DNA of 64,000 nt. Origin: Mustelus asterias (Eukaryota). Made by a program: the position numbers and the translations under genes. Of this stretch, positions 25,406-38,639 are shown piece after piece. Position 1 is the first letter of the stretch; every line of letters begins with the position of its first letter. Under the pieces are notes generated by a model. The model ran no database searches, had not been told where the DNA came from, and saw only the letters and a program-made list of their open reading frames with translations. Location: assembly GCF_964213995.1 (NCBI RefSeq), contig NC_135812.1:98580001-98644000 (forward strand), read 5' to 3'.

Positions 25406-25482
25406 CTCCGAAAGCTTGTGTGGCTTTTGCTACCAAATAAACCTATTGGACTTTAACCTGGTGTTGTTAAACTTCTTACTGT
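25406..25482 (+). mobile_element. PLE pLTR fragment
   Basis: CTCCGAAAGCTTGTG...CCAAATAAACC...CTTCTTACTGTG. Confidence 0.75.
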
Positions 25483-25906
25483 GGCAGTTAAAGGCATGGT
25501 CTTCCTGGAAGAAATGTGACGTGTTCACATTTTTCTTTGAACTGTCGAAAGGGGCCAGAAAGCAGGAGAAGCACATGGAGCCATGAATTATCTCCCAGGC
25601 CCTGGGTGGGAGGGATTTCACAAGAGGTTGCATGCGATACATATTCAGTGCTTCCTTAGACCCTGATTGTTTACACTGATTCTGCCCATGTGACACCAAG
25701 CTTACTCCAATGAGATTCACAGGAGATTGGAGTGGAACTTAGCGCTGGTAGGAATGGGAAGATTGCTTGCTCTGACTTTAGTGTTGCCTCTATGGAGGAG
25801 ATTCCAGGACAGTTGTGTGAAGGTGCCCAGATTGAAATCTAGTTCTCTCACGATACAACACATCATTCTGCGTATCCAGCTTCATTTCCCATAATTCCTG
25901 GAATAT

Positions 25907-26264
25907 CATAGAACCATAGATTTCCTACAGTGCAGAAGAGGCCATTTGACCCATCGAGTCTGCATCGACTCTCTGGCAGAGTACCGTACCCAGGCCCCCT
26001 GCCCACCTTATCCCCGTAACCCCACACATTTCCCAAGGCTAGTCCATCTAACCTAATCATCTTGGGACACCAACAGGCAATTTAGCCTGGCCAATTCACC
26101 TAGGCTGCACATCTTTGGATTGTGGGAGGAAACCGGAGCACCCGGAGGAAACCCATGCAGACACAAGGAGAAGGTGCCGACACCAGACAGACAGGCACCC
26201 AAGGCCAGAATTGAAACCGGGTCCCTGATGCTGTGAGGCAGCAGTGCTAACCACTGTGCTGCCC
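25907..26264 (-). mobile_element. HE1 SINE
   Basis: Full-length on minus strand. Confidence 0.9.
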
Positions 26265-26409
26265 AAGATTACAAGATTTACAAGATCCTGAAGTTCACAA
26301 ACATGGTGACATATGTCACCTACAACTTCTCCTACATTATAACAATGACACAACACTTGCAAAGTATTTCAGTGGCTGCAATGTGCTGTTAGATGTCATG
26401 AAAGGTGCT

Positions 26410-26500
26410 ATCCACCCGTCTATCCCTCCATCCACCCCTCCATCCATCCCTCCCTCCATCCGTCCATCCATCCCTCCCTCCATCCCTCCCTCCATCCATC
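26410..26500. repeat. (CCAT/CCCT)n microsatellite
   Basis: Direct inspection. Confidence 0.85.
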
Positions 26501-27362
26501 TGCTTTCTTCAGATGAGAGCGCAGGCGATCTTTCTGAGGGCATTTATAACATCAAATAAAAATCTCTGGATGGCTTCATAGATCAAAGCCCTTTGGACAG
26601 CAATGATCACCTCGAGTACTGTGCCTGAATTAGAGCATTAACTCCATTACATGTTCCATGACTGTCAGTGTTCCAAACTGCTTACCCGCACACATGCTCT
26701 TTTTTAACACAATACAAAGAAAAGATTAAATAAATAATCTAATCAAGGTTTTCACCCTCTGCTCAGATTTGTTCAATGAAATGACACTTGGTGAAAAATG
26801 TGCAAGACCCAGCCATGAAATAAATTGTATCTCCTCCCTGGGCTTAACAACCAATAGCAGAAAATTGTCTCACTTACTCACACAACACACTTGTTAAAAA
26901 ACACATTGCTTTGAGCCTGAAATGCCTGCCAATTCCTTTTTGTTCTTAACCAATGTTATCCAAGGACAGATTATTAAATAAATACAATGGATTGACAATT
27001 GATCTGAGAAATGGTTGTCTTTTGAAGGAAACCGTATCATATCACCTACTTTGGGGGAACAAATGAAATCCAGATAGCCAGCTGGCTCACAATTACCCCA
27101 GTGGAATCGCTAGTCTTGGGATGGAATACTCGTGAGAGCTACTGGGATCTTCCTGAGTGTGAACTTTGGCAGTTGATTGATTGCAACTCCTGCAACACTA
27201 GCATAACAAGCAGTGGGATTATGAGGACTATCCTCTCCCACTCGTCAATTCCAGTTGGGTTTGAAATTAAATCAGAATGGCAGATTCCCAGACTCCGAGG
27301 AGGAGAAACTCTCGCAGGGATCACTTACCAGGAAATCTCAGGTGTCTGATCTAGAAACATAG

Positions 27363-27683
27363 GATCATAAAATCCCTATAGTGCAGAAAGAGGCTATTCG
27401 GCCCATTGAGCCCGCACCGACCACAATCCCACCCAGGCCCTATCCCGGTAACCCCATGTATTTACCCTGTTAATCTTCCTGACACTAAGGGGCAATTTAG
27501 TATGACCAATCCACCTAATCTGCACATCTTTGGACTGTGAGAGGAAACCGGAGCACCCGGAGGAAACCCACGCAGACATGGGGAAAATGTGCAAACTCCA
27601 CACAGACAGTGACCCAAGGCCAAAATTGAACATGGGTCCCTGGAACTGTGAGGCAGCAGTGCTAACCACTGTGCCACGGTGCC
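27363..27683 (-). mobile_element. HE1 SINE
   Basis: Full-length on minus strand. Confidence 0.92.
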
Positions 27684-30600
27684 ATCTATTTAAATAAATG
27701 TAAGAAAAATAAGGTACCACTCACCAGTGACCTCCTGCCAACAGATCCCTGACAGCATCAGGAACACATGGAATCAGCCCAGGTTTGGTATCATAGAGTA
27801 TTACAGCACAGAAGGGGGCCATTTGGCCCATCAAACCCATGCTGGCCCTCTGCCATCCAGATGGGCCGACTCCCCCATCAATCATCCATGTTTCCATGAA
27901 TTAGATCTCAATACCAGCTGACCTTGCTGTACTTAACATTCATCAAGCAATGAGGCAACAGTGTAAACCCCGCCCTTCCTCGTCCTTTGAGCCTGCTCTG
28001 CCTTTCATTTTGATCACGACTGATCATCAAATTCAATGTCCTGACCCACCTTCCCCCCCCATATCCTCTGATAGAAACATAGGACTGGTGAAGCTGGTGA
28101 GAAGACTGCAGGAGCAAGAATAGGTTTCATCTACAACTGACACTGACATGCCTACACTGAATTAAGTGTAGTTGAATTAACTGCTGTACTGTGTGCAGGC
28201 TGAATGGTATTCCTTCATAGCCTCTGAATGAAGTCTGCACAAAGTGGACTGGTATACGTCTTATTATTACAAACTAGAGGAGCATTTGTAATTGGAATAC
28301 TGAAAACAAATTGTCGGCTGTCAAATTATGAATATACATCAATACAATAACATGTTCAATTAACATTTACAAGTGACATTTGAAGACATTGCGGATGCCT
28401 CTTGCAGATCCTGATATTTCAGCAGTGGGAAAAACTCAACTGCTGCTTCAGGACTGTTTTAATTTCACTGCCCAGAGAGGCAGTAATTTCATTTATCCAA
28501 CCTACTGAGTACTGGTAATGTAAAATAATCACCAGCTCATGTTGGATTTCAGAGTTACGCCCTCAAGTCCCCATTCTCTCAATAATCTGTGTATTCATCT
28601 CAGACTCTGGGCAGGATATCTTAAATGTTTTGAGAAAGCCCATATATTTCACTGTATGCCAAATGATTTAAGTGTTTATCACACTTCTATATGATTAGCT
28701 AGGCATTTATGTCCCAAAATGTTTGAAGAAAATTAAGTATTTTTAATAGATAATCACTGGTACAATGAAGGGCAACCATTCTGTGCACATTAAAGCCCCC
28801 CACCACCGCCTTCCGCCCCCCCCCCCCCCCCCCCACACATACTGCATGCACCATTAGAAAGAAATACAGGGCTTATTCTATCTTTGTTGATTTCTTTAAT
28901 AGGAATGTTTCAATCACTGTCCCTAAAGTCTTAGTGCACTTACCTTCCCCCCCATCCCCTATCAACTATTAGCATTTCTACTTATATGCAAAATTGTGAT
29001 TCCTTTAGCCATGGAAAAGAGGATGGAGGAAGCCATTTTTGAGATTAGGTTACAGGCTTCCCTATAAACCCATGAATATCACAAATAGACAACAGTTTTG
29101 AAGTTTTGTCTTGCGTGATTTGCACCCGTTTGGGAAAACACCTAGTCAGCAAAAGAGAGAAGCAGCCAGGCCCGCAGAAGCAATGCTGGCTCTATTATTC
29201 ACCATGCAAAACACAGGTGGGAACTCACACTCAGACTGAAGACTGAGTTTATGTGGATTTAAAGGAGGTTGGAGCCCCAACTTGGAGTTAGAAAAAGGAA
29301 CCTATAGCGTAACCATACAGTAAAAGGAAGTTTGGGGATTAGAAGTTTACCCAGCTGGGAAAGTAAAAAGGAAGCAAGCCATTGAGAAATGAGAATATTT
29401 TAGACTGATCCCTGAGGATGAAGTGTCAATTTAAGGGACAATATAGCATATGACTGTAATGGGGGATTTTGGTCATGCTGAAAGCTGAATGGGGAAATCT
29501 TTTTCCTGTAGTTTAAAGCATAAACTGCCATTGGAAAGAAAACAATGTTTAGTCAATAATGCTTTTTAATTCTTTGTTACAGTAAAACCTTTAAAAGACG
29601 AAATCTTGATGTGTAATTTTTTCAGCTGTTAACTGGATGTTTGAACTTCTCTTTAAAAGTTATCAGTGTCTATGTAGATTGTAACGACTCAAACGCTAAT
29701 TATTAGGAGGACGTTGGACTAAAGTAGGAATGGTGATTTCCACTTGAGTTCGATGTGCAGCATTTGGTCCTAACTGAAGTGGAATTAAGCCACACCGCCT
29801 CTCATCCTTCATATTTATTGGGTTGATGACTTCATATATATGTACTGTGAGTACAGTGTTCTCTTTGATCAATGGCATTATGCAGCAATGGAGATAGAAA
29901 AGGGAAGGGGAAGGTAATTCAAATGGAGGAAGATGTATTTTTAGTTTACATGGGGGTCTATAATCGTAGAAAGAATTATTTGGCTCTTATCTCAGCTGCT
30001 CCTGAAGCCAATGATTTGGATGTAGGCATAATAACTTCCAATCAGTGCCAACTGGTCCATTATTCAAGTTTGATCTTGCACGGCGATTGGCAGCAGACTG
30101 TGTAGATGGAGAAAGAACGACCACAACAATGATTTTAACTACAATAATAGCAATATTAGCTTTAAAAGCAATGGTGTAACTGAGAGTGAAGCATGCTGGG
30201 ATTTTTGGTCAAGATGTAATTAGAAACAGATGCAGGCAGCAGATTTACTGTGAGTCATGACCTGGTCTGGGAACTGTGATCTGAAGCTTCCTGTGTTGAC
30301 CAAATATGGGGAATTGTTTAGCTGGAGCTAGACACTATGGCACTGAGGTTTATGGGTTAACCCATAAAGGCTATTTGAGCTACATGCTATCTGAACCAAG
30401 CATTATAGAGTTGTTTGTGAGTAACTTCATTGGCCTGGTCGAGCAATGTGATCAGTTTCCAGTTGCACGGGTGCCAGAGAACCTTCTGCGAAGCTGAAAC
30501 ATTTTGTGGATAAAAGACATCTTCCAGTCCTTTGTCTCTAGTGATAACTTTAGAGATCAACCATCCCAAGAAGTGCTCTGAAGAACATCTTCACAGAAGA

Positions 30601-31249
30601 CCATGAGGATAGATTCAACATCTGGAATGGACCAGGCCACTTTGTTCTAAACCGGGTAGTATTTATTTTCAGTTAAAGAATTAGAGTTAATATTAAGCTG
30701 AAGAGTTGATGTTCAGTGAAGCGTTAAATTTCAATCAAGAGTTAAAGTTCAGTTAAGTGTTAAAATTTAGTAAAAGAGTTAAAGTGTTGCAAATGTTGTA
30801 AGTTTGAGTTTGATACCTAAAATGTTAAATAAAGGAAGATTGTTAAGAGAATTAAGAGTCGACTCCTCTCCTTGTTTGTCACATTAAACTGGAATGCTTG
30901 GAAAGGGTTTGAATTAGTAGCCGAATAACAGTTTGATTACTGGAGCCAACATACGGGCCACAAACTGCCCTAATCCAACATCCACATGTTCACTTTGCAG
31001 GAGGAGTCAATGAGCAGTAGTTGAAGTCCGGAACTCCAGCTGATTTTCTCCCAGGGATGTCGAGACTAAATGCAATATCACTGCCCTGACTAAGGTTGAC
31101 TAAATCAGTACTGAGCAGAGATCAGGGACCTCCATGGTCTTTGTGACTTAGTTAAAGAATCCACAAACTAAATACATCCTGATAATTTCTCTTGGTGAAA
31201 TAAATAACTATTAGGTATTATTTTAAGCATGTTTTTATTGAGAATTTTC

Positions 31250-33290
31250 AACTTTATATTCAGTACGAGACGCAACAAATTCCCAGGATTCAGCACAGTA
31301 CAGAACGATCATCGTTACACATATAGACTTGGAGAAGATCAGCAAAGATCAATGCAAATGATTCAAAGAATCAGACATCATCGTCCCTGCCGTTGTAGTC
31401 GGCACCTCCTTTTGTACGTATATTGAATGGATAACAGAAACAGAGTCTGGGGAATCAGGACAACAGGATAAGACCATGAAAGCATAGCATTATGGTGCAT
31501 CCTCTCTCACGGTGCAACTTTACAGAAAGACAGTCTCTCTGGACAAGGTGCACTGGAAGGCACCATCAAGACTGGGGAGACCCCTGAATGCAGCTCTCCC
31601 TCTATACAAAGGGCCCCCCCCCACCAAAAAGACACCCTCCCAAATAAGTAACCAGGCAGCTCTCAACTCTGCCCACCCAAAAAAGTAACCTCAGAAAACC
31701 AGTCCAAATATACTAGAAACTCAAAGACCTATCAACTGTGCTTGGACATGCATCCCCCTTCTCTACACTCCCACCAACCAGAAGAACCAATGGCAAGGAA
31801 AAGAAGCCCAGTAGACTCCAGGATATTTAATCTGTACTCATGATCGAATAAATGCAGGATTTCTTAGACCATGAGTAACTAACAAAAAACAAAGAAAACA
31901 CAACACCCATCGTTCTAATGGGTGCATTCCTCACCCAAAATGAGGATTCTGTACATCTATATGTCCATCCACCACCCTGCTGAGGTGCCATTCATCTTTT
32001 CTATAACTAAAACGAAGGCTACTGCAAAAGAATGTACTCCTTCTGATCAAATGCAAGGATTACAGCACATTACAAAACACAATTAAATATGTATCACACA
32101 ACCTTTAAGACATACAACCCACTCGGAGCGTTCTCCAACAAGAAAAATGAAAGAAGAGGGCCCCCTACAGAGAACGAAGGCCCCGTCCCATCACCAGAGC
32201 ACAATGGTGGAAGAGCCATCAGCAAGGATATAAAAGATAGTGATCCCAAATTTACAGGATAACAGGTAAGGGAAAAGAAAAAACTCCCAAGCTCCAGTGC
32301 TCAACATGCCCTTATCAGGATCAAAGACAACAACACATAATCAGGAGTAAAAGCACAAGGGAACAAAATTCAGGATTTACGACGAATTGCGAGATTATAA
32401 ACCATCCACGGAATTAGGGAAGGCCGAAGCCATGACCGATTGTCGAGGAACATCCAGGAATCATCCAGAATTTCACCAAAGTCTCCATCATGCTGTCACC
32501 CCAGAGTCCAGACAAGCAGGAGCCCAGGCCCAGCAGGTGGGGAATGTCCACCATGTCAGGCCATCTCCTATCCCTCTCGACAAACACTGAGGTCCAGACA
32601 ATGCAAGACCAGTGACTGGGGTCTTCAGCCAATCCCAGGCCTCAAAAACCGAATTAAATGTACTTCATCAAATTCAAAGCACCCAGCCCTCAAATCAAGA
32701 ACGCGAAAGCATGGCAGCCAATTCTCCAAAATCAGCCAGGAATCTCTTCCTCTTCCCGGGGGGGAGGGGGGGGGCTAGCTAACTGACAGTCCTCATCCAG
32801 CCATGTTCCCTTGGCTTAAATAGGATGCTCAATACGCCATGCAGCAGGATTTCCAAGGATTGAAGGTGAGCCTTCACTGAGGAAACCTCCTCCTCGACTG
32901 AAAGAATTATCATCTCCACATTGTTCATTCTCTGTGGGATATCTCGCAGTTCATCATGCTGAACACTCATAAGCTGTGCCAGGAAGCATAAAAACGGTCT
33001 TCATATTGGTGCCAATCGTGCCTCTGCTCACTAACAACGCCGCCCACTGTGAATCAGGCCCCAGCCAAACCAGCTCCCACCGCATCTCACAAACATGGAT
33101 TTCTTTGACTTAATTTGGCCCGCAGTCAAAAACGTTAACCAGAATTTTCCCAAAACATTGCACAGATTATATCTGTATCAAAATCAACTCATTACAGGTT
33201 ATGCATTAGGATAAAGGGAAGGTTTAAAAAGATGAACGGTGCCAGAGCTCAAGAAAACACAGTCACTCCCGCCCTCACACCACGTGACCC
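31250..33290 (-). mobile_element. Old, highly degraded L1-like element (5' UTR/ORF1 and possible ORF2 relics)
   Basis: Coiled-coil-like ELRDIPQRMNNVEMIILSVEEEVSSVKAHLQSLE (32970-32860) and FNSVFEAWDWLKT resembling the ORF1 end (~32660-32620); strong purine skew. Confidence 0.45.
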
Positions 33291-34152
33291 ACCACCCCCC
33301 CCCCCCTTCCCAGTAACTAGGTATTTTCAACAAAACGAGAGCAATTCTTGATTCGGGAGGAATGAAGAGATAAATGATTTTGCACTCGGAAAGAAATATT
33401 TAAATGCCTGTCTGGAACAGAATTTAAATGAGTAGGGCAACATATTTTATTCCCAGATCCTTATGCTTGTATGACACCCCTCTATTAAACTTTAATACCA
33501 AATGTAATCACTCAATTTTGAAATGCGATATAGTGGTGAGTTCCAGGGACTTGTTGCAATGCAATAATTCAATTTCTGTGCATGCTTATTCCAACTCTGT
33601 CCTGATGTTATTGTAAGGTAAAGAATAATATAGAATCATTGAATCCCTGCAGTGCAGAAGGAGGCCATTTGGCCCATCGAGTCTGCACTGACTCTCTGAC
33701 AGTGTTTCCTCCCCAGGTCCTCTCCCCATACAGCCCAATGTTGAGACCAATAAGCTACCAAGGATTTCCATAAGAGATTACATTTTCAAACAGGATCTGG
33801 AAATTATGAATTTTATGACAAGTTTAAATTTCTGTTGATAAATGGAAAGCATGATTTTATGCTTCTATCTACATATCAAATGCTGGGTAGTGTGACTGAT
33901 CAATCTAGGACAAACGGGCTCTTGATTTGAATCCCGAGAAGATTCGGCCTTCCGTCTTTCTTGTATTAGTTTGGTTCAATGTTGCATTCTCACCTCCGAT
34001 ACGTAACATCAAGCCCTGTAACCTAGACTGACACTTCAGTGCAGTGCTGAGAGAGTGCTACACTGTTGGACATGCTTCTTTCCAATAGAATCCCTACCGT
34101 GCAGAAGCAGGCCATTTGGTCCATCGAGTCTGTACCAACGCTGTGAAAGAGC

Positions 34153-34476
34153 TCACTTCTTGGCCTTTTGGCTAAGATCAGGTGTGGTCTGCTGATGCTG
34201 CACTTGGTAGTGGTCATTGGGTCGCATCATAAGCTTCATATGAAGCAATTTTTAAAAGTGGTATCTCGGCCTTTTGGCTAAGATGCAAATGAGATCAAGC
34301 CTTGGAGCAGGAATTCTCCGCCTGCTCCAATCAGCTTGGCTCATGTAGATCAGGCCCAAGACAGGGTAGAGGATTGCATGCCCTGTCTTGTCAGCCTGGA
34401 TCGGAAATGTCTCAACTTGTTGAGACTCTGAATTGGACTTGATTTGATTGAATTGGAAAAGTATAAAAACAAAAAA
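34153..34476 (+). mobile_element. U2 snRNA-headed, poly(A)-tailed structured retroposon (SINEU-like)
   Basis: 34153-34188 = U2 nt 2-37 (32/36 identical); 34264-34284 = U2 nt 7-27 (21/21); A-rich tail 34457-34479; TSD AAAGAGC at 34146-34152 and 34477-34483. Confidence 0.8.
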
Positions 34477-34489
34477 AAAGAGCACCTTA

Positions 34490-35019
34490 GTAAGAGTTTT
34501 AACAACACCAGGTTAAAGTCCAACAGGTTTATTTGGTAGCAAATACCATTAGCTTTCGGAGCGCTGCTCCTTCGTCAGATGGAGTGGAAATCTGCTCTCA
34601 AACAGGGCACGGAGACACAAAATCAAGTTACAGAATACTGATTAGAATGCGAATCCCTACAGCCAACCAGATCTTAAAGATACAGACAACGTGAGTGGAG
34701 GGAGCATTAAGCATAGGCTAAAGAGATGTGTATTGTCTCCAGACAGGACAGCCAGCAAGTCCAGGAGGCAAGCTGTGGGGGTTACTGATAATGTGACATA
34801 AATCCAACATCCCGGTTTAGGCCGTCCTCAAGTGTGCGGAATTTGATTTTGTGTCTCCGTGCCCTGTTTGAGAGCAGATTTCCACTCCATCTGACGAAGG
34901 AGCAGCGCTCCGAAAGCTAATGGTATTTGCTACCAAATAAACCTGCTGGACTTTAACCTGGTGTTGTTAAAACTCTTACTGTGTTCATCCCAGTCCAACG
35001 CCGGCATCTCCACATAATT
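34490..35019. mobile_element. PLE fold-back insertion with GIY-YIG 3' end on the minus arm and hammerhead motifs on both arms (+ copy 34887-34923)
   Basis: Inverted arms; ~34783-34842 matches the reverse complement of the GIY-YIG end at ~1849-1908; TSD AGCACCTTA at 34481-34489 and 35020-35028. Confidence 0.88.
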
Positions 35020-35561
35020 AGCACCTTACCCAGGTCCACCTCTCCACCCTATCCCCATAACCCCACACATTTACCACGGCTAATCCACCTAACCTATACA
35101 TCCTTGGATACTAAGGGGCAATTTAGCATGGTCAATCCACCTAACCTACACATCTTTGGACTGAGGGAGGAAACCCACACAGATCCAGGAAGAACATGGG
35201 CATCGCTGGGGGCCAGTATTTATTGCCCATCCCAAGTTGTACATGTTCAGAAGGCAGTTGAGAGTCAGCCACATTGCTGTGACTCTACTTCAGACTATGG
35301 AACTCAGGCAAGTATCTCTCTGAAACCACGTTCTTTGTGTTAATTAGTGTCTATCAGAAAAAAGAGACAGAACACCTTGTTGGGCTGAGTCTGGCAGCTC
35401 CTAATATTAATCACTAGATATAGACACCATAAACAGAAATATATTCAATACTGCTTCTCAAACATTTAATCATTTTTGAAGGAATCACTGTGAAATCATT
35501 TCTGTCTCACTCAAAGAAAATGAATGGGGCTCATCTGAACAAAGGCATTAAGAAATCTTAC

Positions 35562-35699
35562 CTCCAACCAGAAAGTAGGAACCAGTGAACAGTAACATGT
35601 AGAGACCATTCGCCAAAGAGCTGATCAGTCCACAGATACCTCCAAGAACAAGAAGAACCAGACTCAGAGGGAGCAAAATGACAAACACCTTCTGCATAA
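35562..35699 (-). CDS. TMEM235: TMEM235 internal exon (138 bp)
   Basis: ttttcag|TT ATG CAG... = MQKVFVILLPLSLVLLVLGGICGLISSLANGLYMLLFTGSYFLVG G|gtaag; phase matches both neighbouring exons. Confidence 0.93.
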
Positions 35700-36124
35700 C
35701 TGAAAAGAGAGAAATAGCTGTAAGGTGCTAGTTAGTTGCTCCGTTAGGAGAGGTTGGAAACTCAGGGAACTTGGGCCAAAGCATCGATTATCTAACAGAA
35801 CCGGTGGTATAAATACATCTTATAAATCTGACACAATAACGGGTAGAACATTAAGTCCACCTCCGATGGCAGCCAGTGCTCTCAGAGTCTGATTCTATTT
35901 TATTTCTGCACTGGGCTTTGTTCCTACACTTTTCCTAGCTGCTTTTCTTTATCATATGAGTTAGAATGGATCAAGATTGTCCCAAGCTATGAAAAGAAGG
36001 GATTGTAACCGAGGAACATGATTGAATTCAGTATTTTCAGTGTATGTGACAGAATGATTTGAAATGTTGTACAAATCAAGTTGTGAAAGACAAGATATTT
36101 ACCTTGGCACAATACAGGAAAAAA

Positions 36125-37336
36125 GTGGCAACACAGGTGGCCATGATAATTAAGAAAGCCGATGGCATGGTTGCCCTCATCAGCCGGGGCATTGAGTACA
36201 AGAGATGGGAAATTATATTGCAGCTATATACAACCTTGGTTAGGCCGCATTTGGAGTATTGCGTGCAGTTTTGGTCACCACACTATCAGAAGAATGTGGA
36301 AGCTTTGGAGAGAGTGCAAAGAAGCTTCACCAGGATGTTGTCTGGCCTCAAGGGTGTTGGCCAAGAGCAGAGTCATAGAGTCATAGAGGTTTACAGCATG
36401 GAAACAGGTCCTTCGGCCCAACTTGTCCATGCTGCCCTTTTTTTTAAACCCCTAAGCTAATCCCAATTGCCCACATTTGACCCATATCCCTCTTTACCCA
36501 TCTTACCCATGTAACTGTCTAAATGCTTTTTAAAAAACAAAATTGTATCTGCCTCTACTACTACCTCTGGCAGCTTGTTCCAAACACTCACCACCCTTTG
36601 TGTGAAAAAGTTCCCCCTCTGGACACTTTTGTATCTCTCCCCTCTCACCTTAAACCTATGCCCTCTAGTTTTAGACTCCCCTACCTTTGGGAAAAGATAT
36701 TGACTATTTAGTTGATCTGTGCCCCTCATTATTTTATAGACCTCTATAAGACCACCCCTCAGCCTTCTACGCTCCAGGGAAAAAAGTCCCAGTCTATCCA
36801 GCCTCTCCTTATAACTCAAACCATCAAATCCCGGTAGCATTCCAGTAAATCTTTTCTGCATTCTTTCTAGTTTAATAATATCCTTTCTATAACAGGGTGA
36901 CCAGAAGAGAGGTTGAATAAATTAGGATTGTTTTCACTGGAAAGACGGAGGCTGAGGGGAGACCTGATAGAGGTCTACAAGATTATGAGAGGTATAGACA
37001 GGGTGGCTAGTCAGAGGCTTTTCCAAGGGTGGAAGTGTCAATTACAAGGGGGCACAGGTTCAAGGTGAGAGGGGGAAAATTTAAGGGAGATGTACAGGGG
37101 AAACTTTTCATGCAGAGAGTGGTGGGTGCCTAAAACGCGCTGCCAGAGGAGATGGTGGAAGCAGGCACATTTGCAACATTTAAGAGGCACTTGGATGGTC
37201 CATGAATAGAGAGGAATAGAGGGATATAGACCGAGTAAGGACAGAAGGTTTTTTTTGTTTAGTTTAGTTAGGGCAGCATGATCGGCACAGGCTTGAAGGG
37301 CCAAAGGGCCTGTTCCTGTGCTTTTCTATGTTCTTT
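36125..37336 (+). mobile_element. CR1 LINE 3' fragment interrupted by an antisense CR1
   Basis: LYTTLVRPHLEYCVQFWSP motif; continues at ~36905 with [11 protein letters not shown]. Confidence 0.9.
36371..36904 (-). mobile_element. Nested CR1 3' fragment (same subfamily as 16745-17280)
   Basis: ORF 36457-36861 QKRFTGMLPG...WNKLPEVVVEA. Confidence 0.92.
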
Positions 37337-37519
37337 GAAACTGACTGTTGCCTTGTGATTTTCAAATAATACTTTTATGAGAAAATGCACTCTTGTTTCT
37401 AGTTTTCGACGCGAAGTATAGGAACAGCACAAAACAAGTTGCAGAAAAATAAAACATCATTCTAAAAGTCAAAATTGAGTTTTGTTTTGCACAGATATGC
37501 TACCCAATGAGAGGTGTGT

Positions 37520-38085
37520 ATGCACGGTGACACAGCGGTTAGCACTGCTGCCTCACAGCACCAGGGAACCTGGTTCAATTCTAGCCTTGGGTGACTGTCT
37601 GTCTGGAGTTTGCATGTTCTCCCCGTGCCTGCATGGGTTTCCTCCGGGTGCTCCGGTTTCCTTCCACAGTCCAAAGATATGCAGGTTAGATGGATTCATT
37701 GCCACGGAAGGTTGTGGAAGCCAGGTGATTGAGTGTATTTAAGACAGAGATGGATAGGTTCTTGATTGGTAAGGGGATCAAAGGTTCTGGGAAAAAGGTG
37801 GGAGAATGGGGTTGAGAAACCTATCAGCGATGATCGAACGGTGGAGCAAACTTGATGGGCCGAATGGCCTAATTCTGCTCCTATACCTTATATCTTATGG
37901 ATTGGTCAAGCGAAATTGCACCTTAATGTGTAAGGATGAGTAGGTTAGATGGATTAGCCTTGGGAAATGTGTGGGGTTACAGGGATAGGGTGGGGACAGG
38001 GCCTGGGCCTGGGTAAGATACTCTGTCAGAGAGTTAGTGCAGACTCCATGGGCTAAATATCATAGGGATACTATGATATTCTATG
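37520..38085 (+). mobile_element. HE1 SINE with a nested CR1 tail (~37697-37898)
   Basis: Head and core, CR1 3' UTR, then HE1 tail. Confidence 0.8.
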
Positions 38086-38427
38086 ATATATAATGTTGCT
38101 TACTGGTTCAGATTTGGCCTATTTCTCACAAAGTCGACAGTAATTTGTGGCACTCTTGCTGTAGGATATCAGAGTTACAACTTGCTGGATGTTAGGGACG
38201 TGCTCGGCGGGAAGTTGAACTCCCCACGTCTCTGGCCTGAACAATCTAAGCTAGGATGCTGCCTAGTGGAGACTAGACAATGAGAAGGGAGACTTGGAAA
38301 GAACATCATCCTGGCCAATATTAAATTAAACACGTTAATGATTGGACTAAAATGAGGATGAGAAGAATTTCATTCACAGACCCTAAGTGGCAATAGAGCT
38401 GGCCATAATGTCTGACCTCATCATTCT

Positions 38428-38639
38428 GTGGAGATGCCGGTGTTGGACTGGGGTGGGCACAGTAAGAAGTCTCGCAACACCAGGTTAAAGTCCAACAGGT
38501 TTATTTGGTAGCACAAGCTTTCGGAGCATTGCTCCTTCAAACAGCCCACTCACCTGATGAAGGAGCAGTGCTCTGAAAGCTCGCGCTACCAAATAAATCT
38601 GTTGGACTTTAACCTGATGTTGTGAGACTTCTTACTGTG
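38428..38639. mobile_element. PLE fold-back insertion
   Basis: TSD CTCATCATTCT at 38417-38427 and 38640-38650; hammerhead core at 38554-38582. Confidence 0.87.

Larger units (their letters stand above)
34085..35190 (-). mobile_element. HE1 SINE 3' part split by two nested insertions
   Basis: Tail at 34085-34152 resumes at 35020-35190 after the U2-headed element and a PLE. Confidence 0.8.

Noticed and set aside
34153-34188. Functional U2 snRNA gene
   Set aside because: Only 36 nt match, the branch-recognition sequence is altered, no PSE is evident, and the poly(A) tail and TSD indicate a retrocopy.
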